From a virus (Duplodnaviria > Caudoviricetes), in the IMG/VR virus record IMGVR_UViG_3300045970_000272, positions 1-50,884 of that record: a stretch of DNA of 50,884 bases. One strand, given 5' to 3'. The first letter of the stretch is position 1. Each line of letters starts with the position of its first letter. The translations under genes were made by a program, and so were the position numbers. Under the pieces are notes generated by a model. That model made no database searches, had not been told where the DNA came from, and saw only the letters and a list, made by a program, of their open reading frames with translations. Of this stretch, positions 37,725 to 45,275 are shown one piece after another.

Positions 37725-38033
37725 TTACACCTTTGATAACAAGAGGATCCTATCTGCACGGATTGACTGGAACAGCTCCACGTAGTCCAACGCAAGCTGC
37801 TTCATTTCTGGGAGTTTTGCTTCCCCCGAGGTGCGCGCAAACATCTCCACGGCGTCGTCGCAAAACCCGACCACAAAGTCCTCGCCAGGGTACTCGTCGT
37901 GCTTCAAAATCTCGGGCCACGATTCGGGCGGAGGGTCTTTGTGAAGTGGGTACGCTTGCAAGAACTTCACAATCTGCCACATACTGCTCTCGTCTTTTAT
38001 ATCTTTTGCTTCTTGGTTAGGTAGACTCCCCAC
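37725..38033 (-). CDS. Hypothetical protein
   Basis: 102-aa ORF filling the gap between dnaB and the exonuclease; start uncertain. Confidence 0.5.
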   Translation of the reverse strand: MGSLPNQEAKDIKDESSMWQIVKFLQAYPLHKDPPPESWPEILKHDEYPGEDFVVGFCDDAVEMFARTSGEAKLPEMKQLALDYVELFQSIRADRILLLSKV

Positions 38034-39295
38034 ATATCCTCCTTCATATTTTCTATCTTCCCGTAGGAATAATCGGTTAATACATAACTCGTTGCAAGTC
38101 GCCCACTACGGTTCTTGGCGAGTACGAGCTTTCTCCGCTCGTCCTCGTGGTTCTTTGGGTCGCCAAATTGGTAGATGAGCGCGCAGTCCGCAGCATTTTC
38201 AAGATTGCCTGACCCCTTGAAACCAAACACTCCGCTGTTCTCGAACTGCTCGGTCTTTTGGGAGTCGCGGTTCATTTGGGAGAAGGCAACCACAAAGACG
38301 TTCTTTTCCACCGCGAGGTGTTGGAGCTGGCGCACCACCATGTTCATGCCGTCGTACTCGCTCTTCTCGTTGGTGGAAATGTTTTGGAGGTAATCAACCA
38401 CGATGCACTTCACGTCGTGGGCGTAAATCTGGTACAGGATCTCAAACATGGCGCGATCCCAATCGTGGACGTAATCCACGCAGTAAAGCGGTTCGTGCTG
38501 GAACGCCTCCAAAGCTGCGTCAAACGCGTCCTGCTTCTCTTGTGGCGCGGAACCGTGTTCGATGTCGTCAAGGGTTATGGTGGAGTCCTCCATGCGCTGG
38601 ATCAGGGTGCGCCAAAGCAACTTCTCTCGGCTCATTTCAAAGGAAACCCAGAGGACGGGGACGCCCTCCTTGAGAAATGCGTTGACCATTTTGGTCGCAA
38701 CCCAAGTCTTTCCCACGGACGTCTGCCCTCCAATGAGCCACATTTCCTGGGGGCGCATACCGTAAGTCACAAAGTCTATGGCACTAAACCCCGTGGGAAT
38801 ACCTTTACCTCCAGCCTCGCGCGTGCGCTTCCACTGCTCTCGCAGCTTGCGTACCCCCTCAATGTTGGAGGCGTCCTCCCCATCAAAGCGCACCTGGTTG
38901 AGGTCTTGCATCATGCGTACCGCCAACTCGTCAGGTTTGGTTTTGGTTAATTCGCACTCCTTGAGGGCTTTCTCCAGGGTAATCTTCAAATTGGCAAGCT
39001 GGGTACGGGATTTGATTTGCTTGATGGGATCTTCAAGCTGCGTGGCGTAGTAGTAGCTCGACCAATAATTCAGGATCATGTCCTTGTCGATGCCGTCCTC
39101 CTCGAGTTTGGCGTAAACCATGCGGTTGTCGACGTTGGATTTGGAGGAGAGTTCCTTCAAAGCAACGAAGGCTCTTTTGCAAAGGGGATCACTAAAGTCA
39201 TATTCCGTCAGGCTGTGCAGCAAAATTGGCAGAGTTTCCTTTGGGTAGAGTATTGCCGTGCGGATTACCCGCCCCTCGTAGTTAACCTTGCCCAT
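37997..39295 (-). CDS. dnaB: Replicative DNA helicase (DnaB family)
   Basis: GIPTGF, GGQTSVGKT (Walker A), SFEMS, VDYLQ, SQMNR, KGSGNLENAAD, KNRSG. Confidence 0.93.
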   Translation of the reverse strand: MGKVNYEGRVIRTAILYPKETLPILLHSLTEYDFSDPLCKRAFVALKELSSKSNVDNRMVYAKLEEDGIDKDMILNYWSSYYYATQLEDPIKQIKSRTQLANLKITLEKALKECELTKTKPDELAVRMMQDLNQVRFDGEDASNIEGVRKLREQWKRTREAGGKGIPTGFSAIDFVTYGMRPQEMWLIGGQTSVGKTWVATKMVNAFLKEGVPVLWVSFEMSREKLLWRTLIQRMEDSTITLDDIEHGSAPQEKQDAFDAALEAFQHEPLYCVDYVHDWDRAMFEILYQIYAHDVKCIVVDYLQNISTNEKSEYDGMNMVVRQLQHLAVEKNVFVVAFSQMNRDSQKTEQFENSGVFGFKGSGNLENAADCALIYQFGDPKNHEDERRKLVLAKNRSGRLATSYVLTDYSYGKIENMKEDMWGVYLTKKQKI

Positions 39296-40070
39296 GTTCT
39301 TCTAACCTTTCCTTTTCAAACCTGATGTGCGCGTCACGGTGTATTTGATCACGTTCCATATTTCCCTCTTTACCTCGCCTTTCGCAAGCGGCAAGTCGAT
39401 CCCACTCCTCATCGGTAAAAGGGGAAGCCTGCTTAACACGAGGTTTTGGAATAAACACGGGTTCACCCCGTGGCTCGTTTGCACTCCGCACCCACGGAGT
39501 TTCGCTCGTTACTGGTTTGGGTGGGGGGGGCGCGTTAAGCGCACCCACCCCGTCACTGTTTTGGTTATCAGATATCTTTTTATGGAAAGTAAAGGAAATT
39601 TCATTTCCTTTCCTTTCCTTTAGGGGGCGACGCGTCCCCTGCGCGGGACGACTCGTTACGGATGAGTTACGGTTAGCCTGGTTCTGCTGCACCATTGAGT
39701 ACAAATCGGTCTTTTCTTTATCTAAATACGCTTTGAGCTTCGTTGTGTAGTGGTGGTCTACGTGTTTGAGAACTTGTGGGATATACAGTCTGCCGTCGGT
39801 TGACTGATAGGTGAGTCCAATCTCGTCCATTACTGCCAAAATCTCTCTAAGACGGTCGGGGGTTACGTTGCATTCAATTGCAAGGGACTCCGCGTCGTGC
39901 GAGGGGTCGACCTTGCCCCAATCTTCAAACGGGATGCTTGCCCCCAATGTTTCCTGAGCAATTTCACAAAGATCCCACCATACCGCCTTTCCCTCGTTAC
40001 CGCATCGATCTACCAGTTTCTTTATTTTGGGGTCACGCCTAGAGTTCGTTTCATGACCAAAATACTTCAT
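39282..40070 (-). CDS. Replication initiator (DUF4373/Lin1244-like N-terminal winged helix)
   Basis: MKYFGHETNSRRDPKIKKL...GKAVWWDLCE; KERKGNE linker; directly upstream of dnaB. Confidence 0.7.
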   Translation of the reverse strand: MKYFGHETNSRRDPKIKKLVDRCGNEGKAVWWDLCEIAQETLGASIPFEDWGKVDPSHDAESLAIECNVTPDRLREILAVMDEIGLTYQSTDGRLYIPQVLKHVDHHYTTKLKAYLDKEKTDLYSMVQQNQANRNSSVTSRPAQGTRRPLKERKGNEISFTFHKKISDNQNSDGVGALNAPPPPKPVTSETPWVRSANEPRGEPVFIPKPRVKQASPFTDEEWDRLAACERRGKEGNMERDQIHRDAHIRFEKERLEEHGQG

Positions 40071-40134
40071 TGGGACTCCTTTGCTAATTGTGTTGTGTGG
40101 TCAACTTACCACTTTGCACCAGATACGGCAAGCA

Positions 40135-40173
40135 AAAGAAAAGCCCCACTCTTGAGCATGGCGAGGGGGCTTT
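40135..40173 (-). terminator. Intrinsic terminator in the leader of the replication operon
   Basis: On the - strand: AAAGCCCCCTC...GAGTGGGGCTTTTCTTTT. Confidence 0.55.
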
Positions 40174-40223
40174 CAAAACCTCCCAGTGGGGGATTATGTC
40201 CCAGACCACGAGGCGTACCCATA

Positions 40224-40262
40224 TTTGTACCATTTGTCATCGCTTGTTGCAAATGCTACACT
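40224..40262. promoter_or_regulatory. Overlapping divergent promoters
   Basis: - strand TTGCAA-17-TACAAA (40252..40224); + strand TTGTCA-17-TACACT (40234..40262); both have TG extensions. Confidence 0.55.
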
Positions 40263-40268
40263 TGCACC

Positions 40269-40421
40269 ATGAAAAAGAAAATCCGCGTGACATTTTATAT
40301 CGAGGAAGATATGTATCTCCTCCTGCGATCTCAATTAATTATTAAGAAAATGACGGTGTCGTCTTGGCTGAGGGAGCGTGTGAGTCGGTTTGTCGACAAC
40401 CATCTCAAAGGCGATAAATGA
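40269..40421 (+). CDS. Ribbon-helix-helix (CopG/Arc-like) regulator, 50 aa
   Basis: MKKKIRVTFYIEEDMYLLLR...MTVSSWLRERV: alternating beta strand followed by two helices. Confidence 0.75.
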   Translation: MKKKIRVTFYIEEDMYLLLRSQLIIKKMTVSSWLRERVSRFVDNHLKGDK

Positions 40422-40600
40422 GCGAACCAGTAATGGGTCGGTGGCATAAAATGAAAATGCGCTGCGAGAAGTGCGGGCGCGTGCGCGACGAGGTTTACGT
40501 CGTATCCGACCCCCCAGTCACAGGCAAGTTTTGCAGTGCTTTCTGTTATCAAGCAGCTCGAAAGGAAGTAGAAAATGGCAAGCCAGACAAAGAAGTATAG
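40418..40600 (+). CDS. Zinc-finger protein (TRASH/MYM-like)
   Basis: CEKCG...KFCSAFC. Confidence 0.65.
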   Translation: MSEPVMGRWHKMKMRCEKCGRVRDEVYVVSDPPVTGKFCSAFCYQAARKEVENGKPDKEV

Positions 40601-40838
40601 TTTCACCGAGGACGAGTTCCTCTACATCTCCGAACACCGCAGCATGGTCGAGTGGCATCGCTCCTTGATCAACCGCTACATCCAACTCAAGGTATACAAG
40701 CGTTGCGCAGTAAACCCAGAGGGCATGGAAATCGTGATGAATGCAGGCGGCGACGGTATCGAGGTTACTCCTGTACCAAAGACAGCTCCAACTGAGCCTG
40801 TCGCGGACGCAGCTCCAGCCGAATCACCCACTAAATAG
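40575..40838 (+). CDS. Hypothetical protein
   Basis: 87-aa ORF; SD AAAGGA. Confidence 0.6.
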   Translation: MASQTKKYSFTEDEFLYISEHRSMVEWHRSLINRYIQLKVYKRCAVNPEGMEIVMNAGGDGIEVTPVPKTAPTEPVADAAPAESPTK

Positions 40839-41078
40839 TTTCTGGGTCGCCTCTTTATCAAATTCAATCTTGGTATGACATTCAATGCAAAGCAGTCGCC
40901 ATTGGGAACGATCCCAAAGCAACTCGTCGGGTTTGTCGTAGTACCACACCCGCTTGTGTAGGTGCGCAAAGGTAAGCCCGAACGTACCACCACATTTCTC
41001 GCAGTACATTAGGTCGTGGTCGATGCACCAACGCTTCATCTCCTCATTGGCTTTCTTGTTGATTTTGGTGCGGTTCAC
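40824..41078 (-). CDS. HNH/NinG-like zinc nuclease-fold protein
   Basis: CEKCG...FAHLHKR...LLCIECH. Confidence 0.65.
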   Translation of the reverse strand: MNRTKINKKANEEMKRWCIDHDLMYCEKCGGTFGLTFAHLHKRVWYYDKPDELLWDRSQWRLLCIECHTKIEFDKEATQKLFSG

Positions 41079-41371
41079 TGCTTGTTGGCTTTGTTCTTGC
41101 GCGTAACCGTGATAACCACCAGACCTTCCTTGCCCTTATTCCATTTCTTTACGCAGGTGAAAAGTATGTCCGTCTTGTGATCGTAGAGGTAGATGTCGTT
41201 TACAATCGACATTCCCAACGCTTCAAACTTAAACCCCCACAGCTCCTTGGGGAGTTCGGAGAGGGTGGAGTCGCGCCAAGCTTGCAACATCTCGGGCATC
41301 TTGATGCTGTAAAAGTCCGCCCGCTCCAACGCATGAGTCGTCCACACCGCCCGCTTGTTCTGTAGTGACAT
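41075..41371 (-). CDS. DUF4258/RelE-like fold candidate
   Basis: VWTTHALERA N-terminus and VVITV C-terminus; ATG 41371 follows GGAGG. Confidence 0.45.
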   Translation of the reverse strand: MSLQNKRAVWTTHALERADFYSIKMPEMLQAWRDSTLSELPKELWGFKFEALGMSIVNDIYLYDHKTDILFTCVKKWNKGKEGLVVITVTRKNKANKQ

Positions 41372-41495
41372 TAGCCTCCATGATTGCAAACTTGTAGATG
41401 AAGTCATTGTATCCAGGCGTCACTAATCGGCGGTCGTCGCCAGACGCCAAGATTTCACCATTACCAAAATATCCTACTTTTATCCATTCGTTCAT
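41229..41495 (-). CDS. Hypothetical protein
   Basis: ATGA-coupled to the upstream gene; its 3' half overlaps the next gene. Confidence 0.4.
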   Translation of the reverse strand: MNEWIKVGYFGNGEILASGDDRRLVTPGYNDFIYKFAIMEANVTTEQAGGVDDSCVGAGGLLQHQDARDVASLARLHPLRTPQGAVGV

Positions 41496-41743
41496 ATCTT
41501 GTTTATAACCTTATCACTTGGCACCAATTTGCCATCGACTAACTTCAAAATGGGGAATCGCGTGATGTCCCTTTTAATGATCCCGAGCCAGCGATCTAGT
41601 TCCTCAAGTGTTTCTGTGACCAAAATGGGAGAGTCCGCGTACGAGAGTTTGCCATTGTCGTCAAAGACTTCAAAAATACCGTAGTTATTGCCGATAGCTT
41701 TATCGGGATACTCAAGTTCAATGATTTGATAGTGCCATGTCAT
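41492..41743 (-). CDS. Conserved phage hypothetical protein
   Basis: MTWHYQII...YGIFEVF...ETLEEL...PIL pattern; coupled. Confidence 0.65.
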   Translation of the reverse strand: MTWHYQIIELEYPDKAIGNNYGIFEVFDDNGKLSYADSPILVTETLEELDRWLGIIKRDITRFPILKLVDGKLVPSDKVINKI

Positions 41744-41943
41744 ATTAAATCCTGGACTTCATCGTCCTCTTTCAATTTTTTACTGCTGTAAATACCAAAG
41801 TCATGTGGCGCGGACGCGCACGCGGTGTTTTGGCGACCACAAATGTCGCAGGTGTCGGTCCACACGCCGAAGTAACGCTTGTGTTTGGTGTCCCGTTGGC
41901 GACCACAATCCAAACAGACGGTCAGAATGTCATCTACGCCCAT
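41740..41943 (-). CDS. Zinc-ribbon hypothetical protein
   Basis: CLDCG, CDICG, HDFG. Confidence 0.65.
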   Translation of the reverse strand: MGVDDILTVCLDCGRQRDTKHKRYFGVWTDTCDICGRQNTACASAPHDFGIYSSKKLKEDDEVQDLI

Positions 41944-42494
41944 TCAGCCTCCTCGGAGTCCACTCCAAAGTGTTCGTCCACCATGCGCGTGAGCCGTTCT
42001 ACATCGGCAAACACAGCTTCGTATTCCTCTTTGGTCACGCTGGTCGACATTCGATAGGCGAGGCATTTGCGCTGGATCTCAAGGGCAAGCGTGCCGATCT
42101 CCGTACCTTGGAACACCTTGGGTATGTTGAAATTGAACAGGTGGTCGCCTGCGCCGTTGAACCAGATCGCGATGGCGTGGTTTTGGTCGAGGTCGCACTT
42201 CTTATAATCGTCCATCATCCTGGTCACGCGCTCGGCGTGCTTTGCAAACAGTATGAGGTTGTAAATGAACCCCGTACCAAACTCCGACTTGTCGGCGGTC
42301 GTGTTGCGTTTCATATGATCCTTTTCTTGAGTTAATTGATTTTCTTTAATTGCTCGACGGATACATCCTGCAGCGATATTGAGACGCCAACGTAGCACGC
42401 GAAGGTGTTCATCATCGTGCGGTTGATCTATCGCTTGGGTTATGTGGGTGAGTGCCTGATTAAGGACGATTTTGGTTATTAATTTTGATTTCAT
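41934..42494 (-). CDS. Hypothetical protein
   Basis: 186-aa ORF; probable second in-frame start at MKRNTT after AAAAGGA. Confidence 0.6.
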   Translation of the reverse strand: MKSKLITKIVLNQALTHITQAIDQPHDDEHLRVLRWRLNIAAGCIRRAIKENQLTQEKDHMKRNTTADKSEFGTGFIYNLILFAKHAERVTRMMDDYKKCDLDQNHAIAIWFNGAGDHLFNFNIPKVFQGTEIGTLALEIQRKCLAYRMSTSVTKEEYEAVFADVERLTRMVDEHFGVDSEEAEWA

Positions 42495-42931
42495 ATCGTT
42501 TCTTTTACTTTGGCGACTAAATCTGTATTTATTATTCCAGACAGTTCGTTGTAAGTGTCATACTTTCCCTGCCACAACTCAAGCTCATTCAACGCCCGCG
42601 TGAGGATTTGCGCAAGCATATCTTTGTCGGAGAGTATTCTGTAGGTGGAATAGTAACCGCGAACGGGGCGGTCATCTATTCTCACCGTACAGTTTTGAAA
42701 GGCTTGCACCTTCCTGTGGTCGATAACAACGCGGACGCTGTTGATTATTTGGCGCGCCTCGTGAATTCTCCAGTTATCGGACGCAACGCCGTCGTCCCAA
42801 GTGAACTCGTTGTGAAGTGGGTGGAGTGACGAAGAAGCCTCCGCCACTAATACCTCTGGTTGGATACTCCCGTCCCGTTTCTCAATCTCAGAGAGTATCT
42901 GAACTTTAATTTCATTATTAGCTTTATTCAT
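42491..42931 (-). CDS. Helical protein downstream of the array; putative accessory of the Cas7-like system
   Basis: GSIQPEVLVAEA...HPLHNEFTWDD..A...WRIHEARQII; SD GGAGG; first gene after the array. Confidence 0.7.
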   Translation of the reverse strand: MNKANNEIKVQILSEIEKRDGSIQPEVLVAEASSSLHPLHNEFTWDDGVASDNWRIHEARQIINSVRVVIDHRKVQAFQNCTVRIDDRPVRGYYSTYRILSDKDMLAQILTRALNELELWQGKYDTYNELSGIINTDLVAKVKETI

Positions 42932-42954
42932 AAAGCCTCCATTAATTATTATTT

Positions 42955-43736
42955 CAACACACCTCGCCTTGCCATATATTGACTTAACAATACTGACCGC
43001 GACTCACCATAACTGCCACGTCATACCGCCCTATCCTCAACCCAACTCGACTCACCATTACTGCCACACCCTACCTGTCCATGTCCTCCACTACTCGACC
43101 CGACCCTCCCCAACTGCCAGACCATGACGCGCCACAATACACCGTGACTCACCCCTCCTTACCTCTGCGCACCACTACTGCCCTACCGCACCTCACATTT
43201 CCCCACCGAACAATCCGTACCATAACTCGACTCACCACTACTGCCGGTCCGTGCCTAACCAAGACTCACCCCGCACCCCTTACGTTGCGCCACCGCTCCT
43301 CACCGCTACAGCCTCAACGCTCCTATCCATGACTCAACTTTCCCCATCGTACCTTTCCATTACTGCCTAACCATAACTTACCGCTCTCAGACCTACCCCG
43401 ACATTCCATACCGACCAGTACACTCCTAACCTTTACTGCCATCCGTACCGCACAGACCTCGGCTCTCCATAACAACCGCGACACTCCACTACTGCCAAAC
43501 CAATCAAAACCAATCCCGTGCGGACCCCAACATAACATTCCTTTACTGCCGTCCCCGACGTTCCAGAACTATCCCACCTGTCCATAACAACCATAACTCA
43601 CCGTTACAGCCAAACCGTGACAACCTAATCAGACCTCGCCTCCCTCTCCATTACTGCCAAACCGAGACCCACCTGACCTCTCCCCACCTGACCAAATTAC
43701 ACCAAAACATTACGCGCCCTCCGGACCATTACTGCC
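42955..43736 (-). repeat. Non-coding array of 13 GGCWG-headed units made of 5-nt GGY-like/NN steps; putative guide-RNA array
   Basis: + strand ACTGCC/ACAGCC at 43012, 43060, 43113, 43177, 43240, 43308, 43362, 43435, 43491, 43545, 43606, 43653, 43731; ACC/TCC/GAC/AAC recur every ~5 nt between them; no credible ORF. Confidence 0.85.
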
Positions 43737-43741
43737 ACGAA

Positions 43742-43763
43742 GGAGGGGTGGGCAGCCCCCTCC
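43742..43763 (-). other. Hairpin between the Cas7-like stop codon and the array
   Basis: GGAGGGG...CCCCTCC 7-bp perfect stem, 5 nt from the stop and 5 nt from the first unit. Confidence 0.7.
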
Positions 43764-43768
43764 ACAAT

Positions 43769-44440
43769 TTATGAGGATTTCACCTCAAACGTACCCGAAT
43801 CTCCATCTCTCTCAGGTCGCCATTCGCCGAGTCCTTGTGAGAAACCCGCCGTTTGAATCAGATTTGCAATCTGTTCTGGTGAGAATAAGTCTGCATTGAA
43901 ACGGATAACTAGAGCCATGCTCCAATTACGAACCGCTCCACGGTAGCGCAAGTCTGCGCTTCCCATGCCGACCCGAACCATGTCCTCCCGAAGGATAACT
44001 TGGCTGGTTTTGGGGTCGTATGCGAACACGTTTTCACCCTTTTCACCATTCGCCATTTCTGGCTTCTTAGCTGGTTTGAACGGTTTGCCGTCAATTAAGA
44101 CGCGCACCAAGCCGTCTTGATCTCCTTTGATGAAGATCGCGCCACGGATCATGGTCATTTTCAAACCTTCTATCGACCGAGCTGCTCCAACTACCGCCTG
44201 TTTGATTGCCAAAGCTGGGAAGCAGATGTAGCCTTCTTGGTCGTAGTAGAAACTAGCCAAGTATTCTTCAATGGGGTTACGCACGCCGTGGGGTTGTTTG
44301 ACCCTTTTAGCTTGCTTGGCTCGGATCATTTCCTTTGCTTTCTCTGACCACTTGTGAAAGATGATCGGACTGACACTGGCGATTTCGAGCTGCATTGTTT
44401 GAATATTTGGTGCTGGAATTACTATGTTTGTTTCTGGCAT
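43769..44440 (-). CDS. Stand-alone Cas7/RAMP-like RNA-binding protein
   Basis: RAMP-type order of motifs: LEIASVSPIIFH (beta1), YICFPALAIKQAVVGAA (P..xxK helix), REDMVRV...DLRYR (thumb), C-terminal Gly-rich loop GFSQGLGEWRPERDGDSGTFEV. Confidence 0.75.
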   Translation of the reverse strand: MPETNIVIPAPNIQTMQLEIASVSPIIFHKWSEKAKEMIRAKQAKRVKQPHGVRNPIEEYLASFYYDQEGYICFPALAIKQAVVGAARSIEGLKMTMIRGAIFIKGDQDGLVRVLIDGKPFKPAKKPEMANGEKGENVFAYDPKTSQVILREDMVRVGMGSADLRYRGAVRNWSMALVIRFNADLFSPEQIANLIQTAGFSQGLGEWRPERDGDSGTFEVKSS

Positions 44441-44478
44441 AAATTGTTAATTCACCACCTTTCAATTGATCGGTTCAT

Positions 44479-44766
44479 TTATGATTCCGATTTATCTGTG
44501 AGTGCCTTTTGGTGTAGGTGGCAGTGCCGTGTGGCGATCACCTCGAGGTCTTTGAGTATTTCCATGATGGGCGGAATGATGTCGTTTGGAAGTTCAAACT
44601 TGGCGTCCTCGCGCCAACCGTCCGTGCTGATGGAGTATGTGGTAATTGTTTGACCGCCGTCTGTCATGAGGGCGATGGACGCCTCTACTTCGGGCTTGTC
44701 CTCGTTCAACTTCACCCCAAACGACACGATGCGCGCGTTGGTGATGTTTATGTTAATCTTTCTCAT
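44479..44766 (-). CDS. Hypothetical protein
   Basis: ATG 44766 follows AAGGGG within ORF 44479..44802. Confidence 0.6.
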   Translation of the reverse strand: MRKININITNARIVSFGVKLNEDKPEVEASIALMTDGGQTITTYSISTDGWREDAKFELPNDIIPPIMEILKDLEVIATRHCHLHQKALTDKSES

Positions 44767-44810
44767 AGTCCCCTTAATTGATAAAGCTGGTGGGGCAGTC
44801 ACCAGTTTAA

Positions 44811-45275
44811 TTAATCTTCGTCGTTTTGTTCTTCGCGTGCAGCAAGTTCCTCTCGAACTTGTTTGCCGATCTCGGCTTTGTTAGCCTGGAACATAAACTC
44901 GCAAATCATTCGTATGCCAGATGAGGTCATTCTGAGATCGCTCTCCATGTAACCCATCTCAATCATTGCGATAACGTCTGCGTCTAAGAACTTCTTCTGT
45001 AGATTTGATGCCATGTTTTCTTTCACCTCCGTTCCTATTGGTTTCAAGTTATTGAATAAATCGTTGATTTCTGCATGGAAAGGAAAGGGGTACGATTGGC
45101 GCGCAGTGAAGGCTCCTGCGGAGTATTGGCGCAACTTCTCACGGGTGATGTACTCCTCTTTCTTGCGCCGTAGGGCGTCGTCGTAAAGTTTGGTGATGCG
45201 CGCAGCGCACTGCTCGCTCGTAGGTCCACCCTCGCTGTAACCCAGGGTCGAATTAAACTCGTCACTTAATGCCAT
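44811..45275 (-). CDS. Hypothetical protein (internal in-frame start at 45014)
   Basis: 154-aa ORF; SD AAGGAG at the first start, GGAGGTGA at the internal start. Confidence 0.6.
   Translation of the reverse strand: MALSDEFNSTLGYSEGGPTSEQCAARITKLYDDALRRKKEEYITREKLRQYSAGAFTARQSYPFPFHAEINDLFNNLKPIGTEVKENMASNLQKKFLDADVIAMIEMGYMESDLRMTSSGIRMICEFMFQANKAEIGKQVREELAAREEQNDED

Noticed and set aside
39585-39620. TTTCC repeats in the initiator gene as origin iterons
   Set aside because: Short, and explained by the low-complexity KERKGNE linker. No clear iteron set was seen.
43081-43538. ORFs 43081..43332 (+) and 43323..43538 (-)
   Set aside because: Low-complexity translations of the periodic array, with no SD and a period-5 rather than period-3 structure.
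42955-43736. Array as a canonical CRISPR array
   Set aside because: The conserved head is only ~11 nt and degenerate, is not palindromic, and the intervening sequences are themselves periodic. There is no cas1/cas2/cas6.
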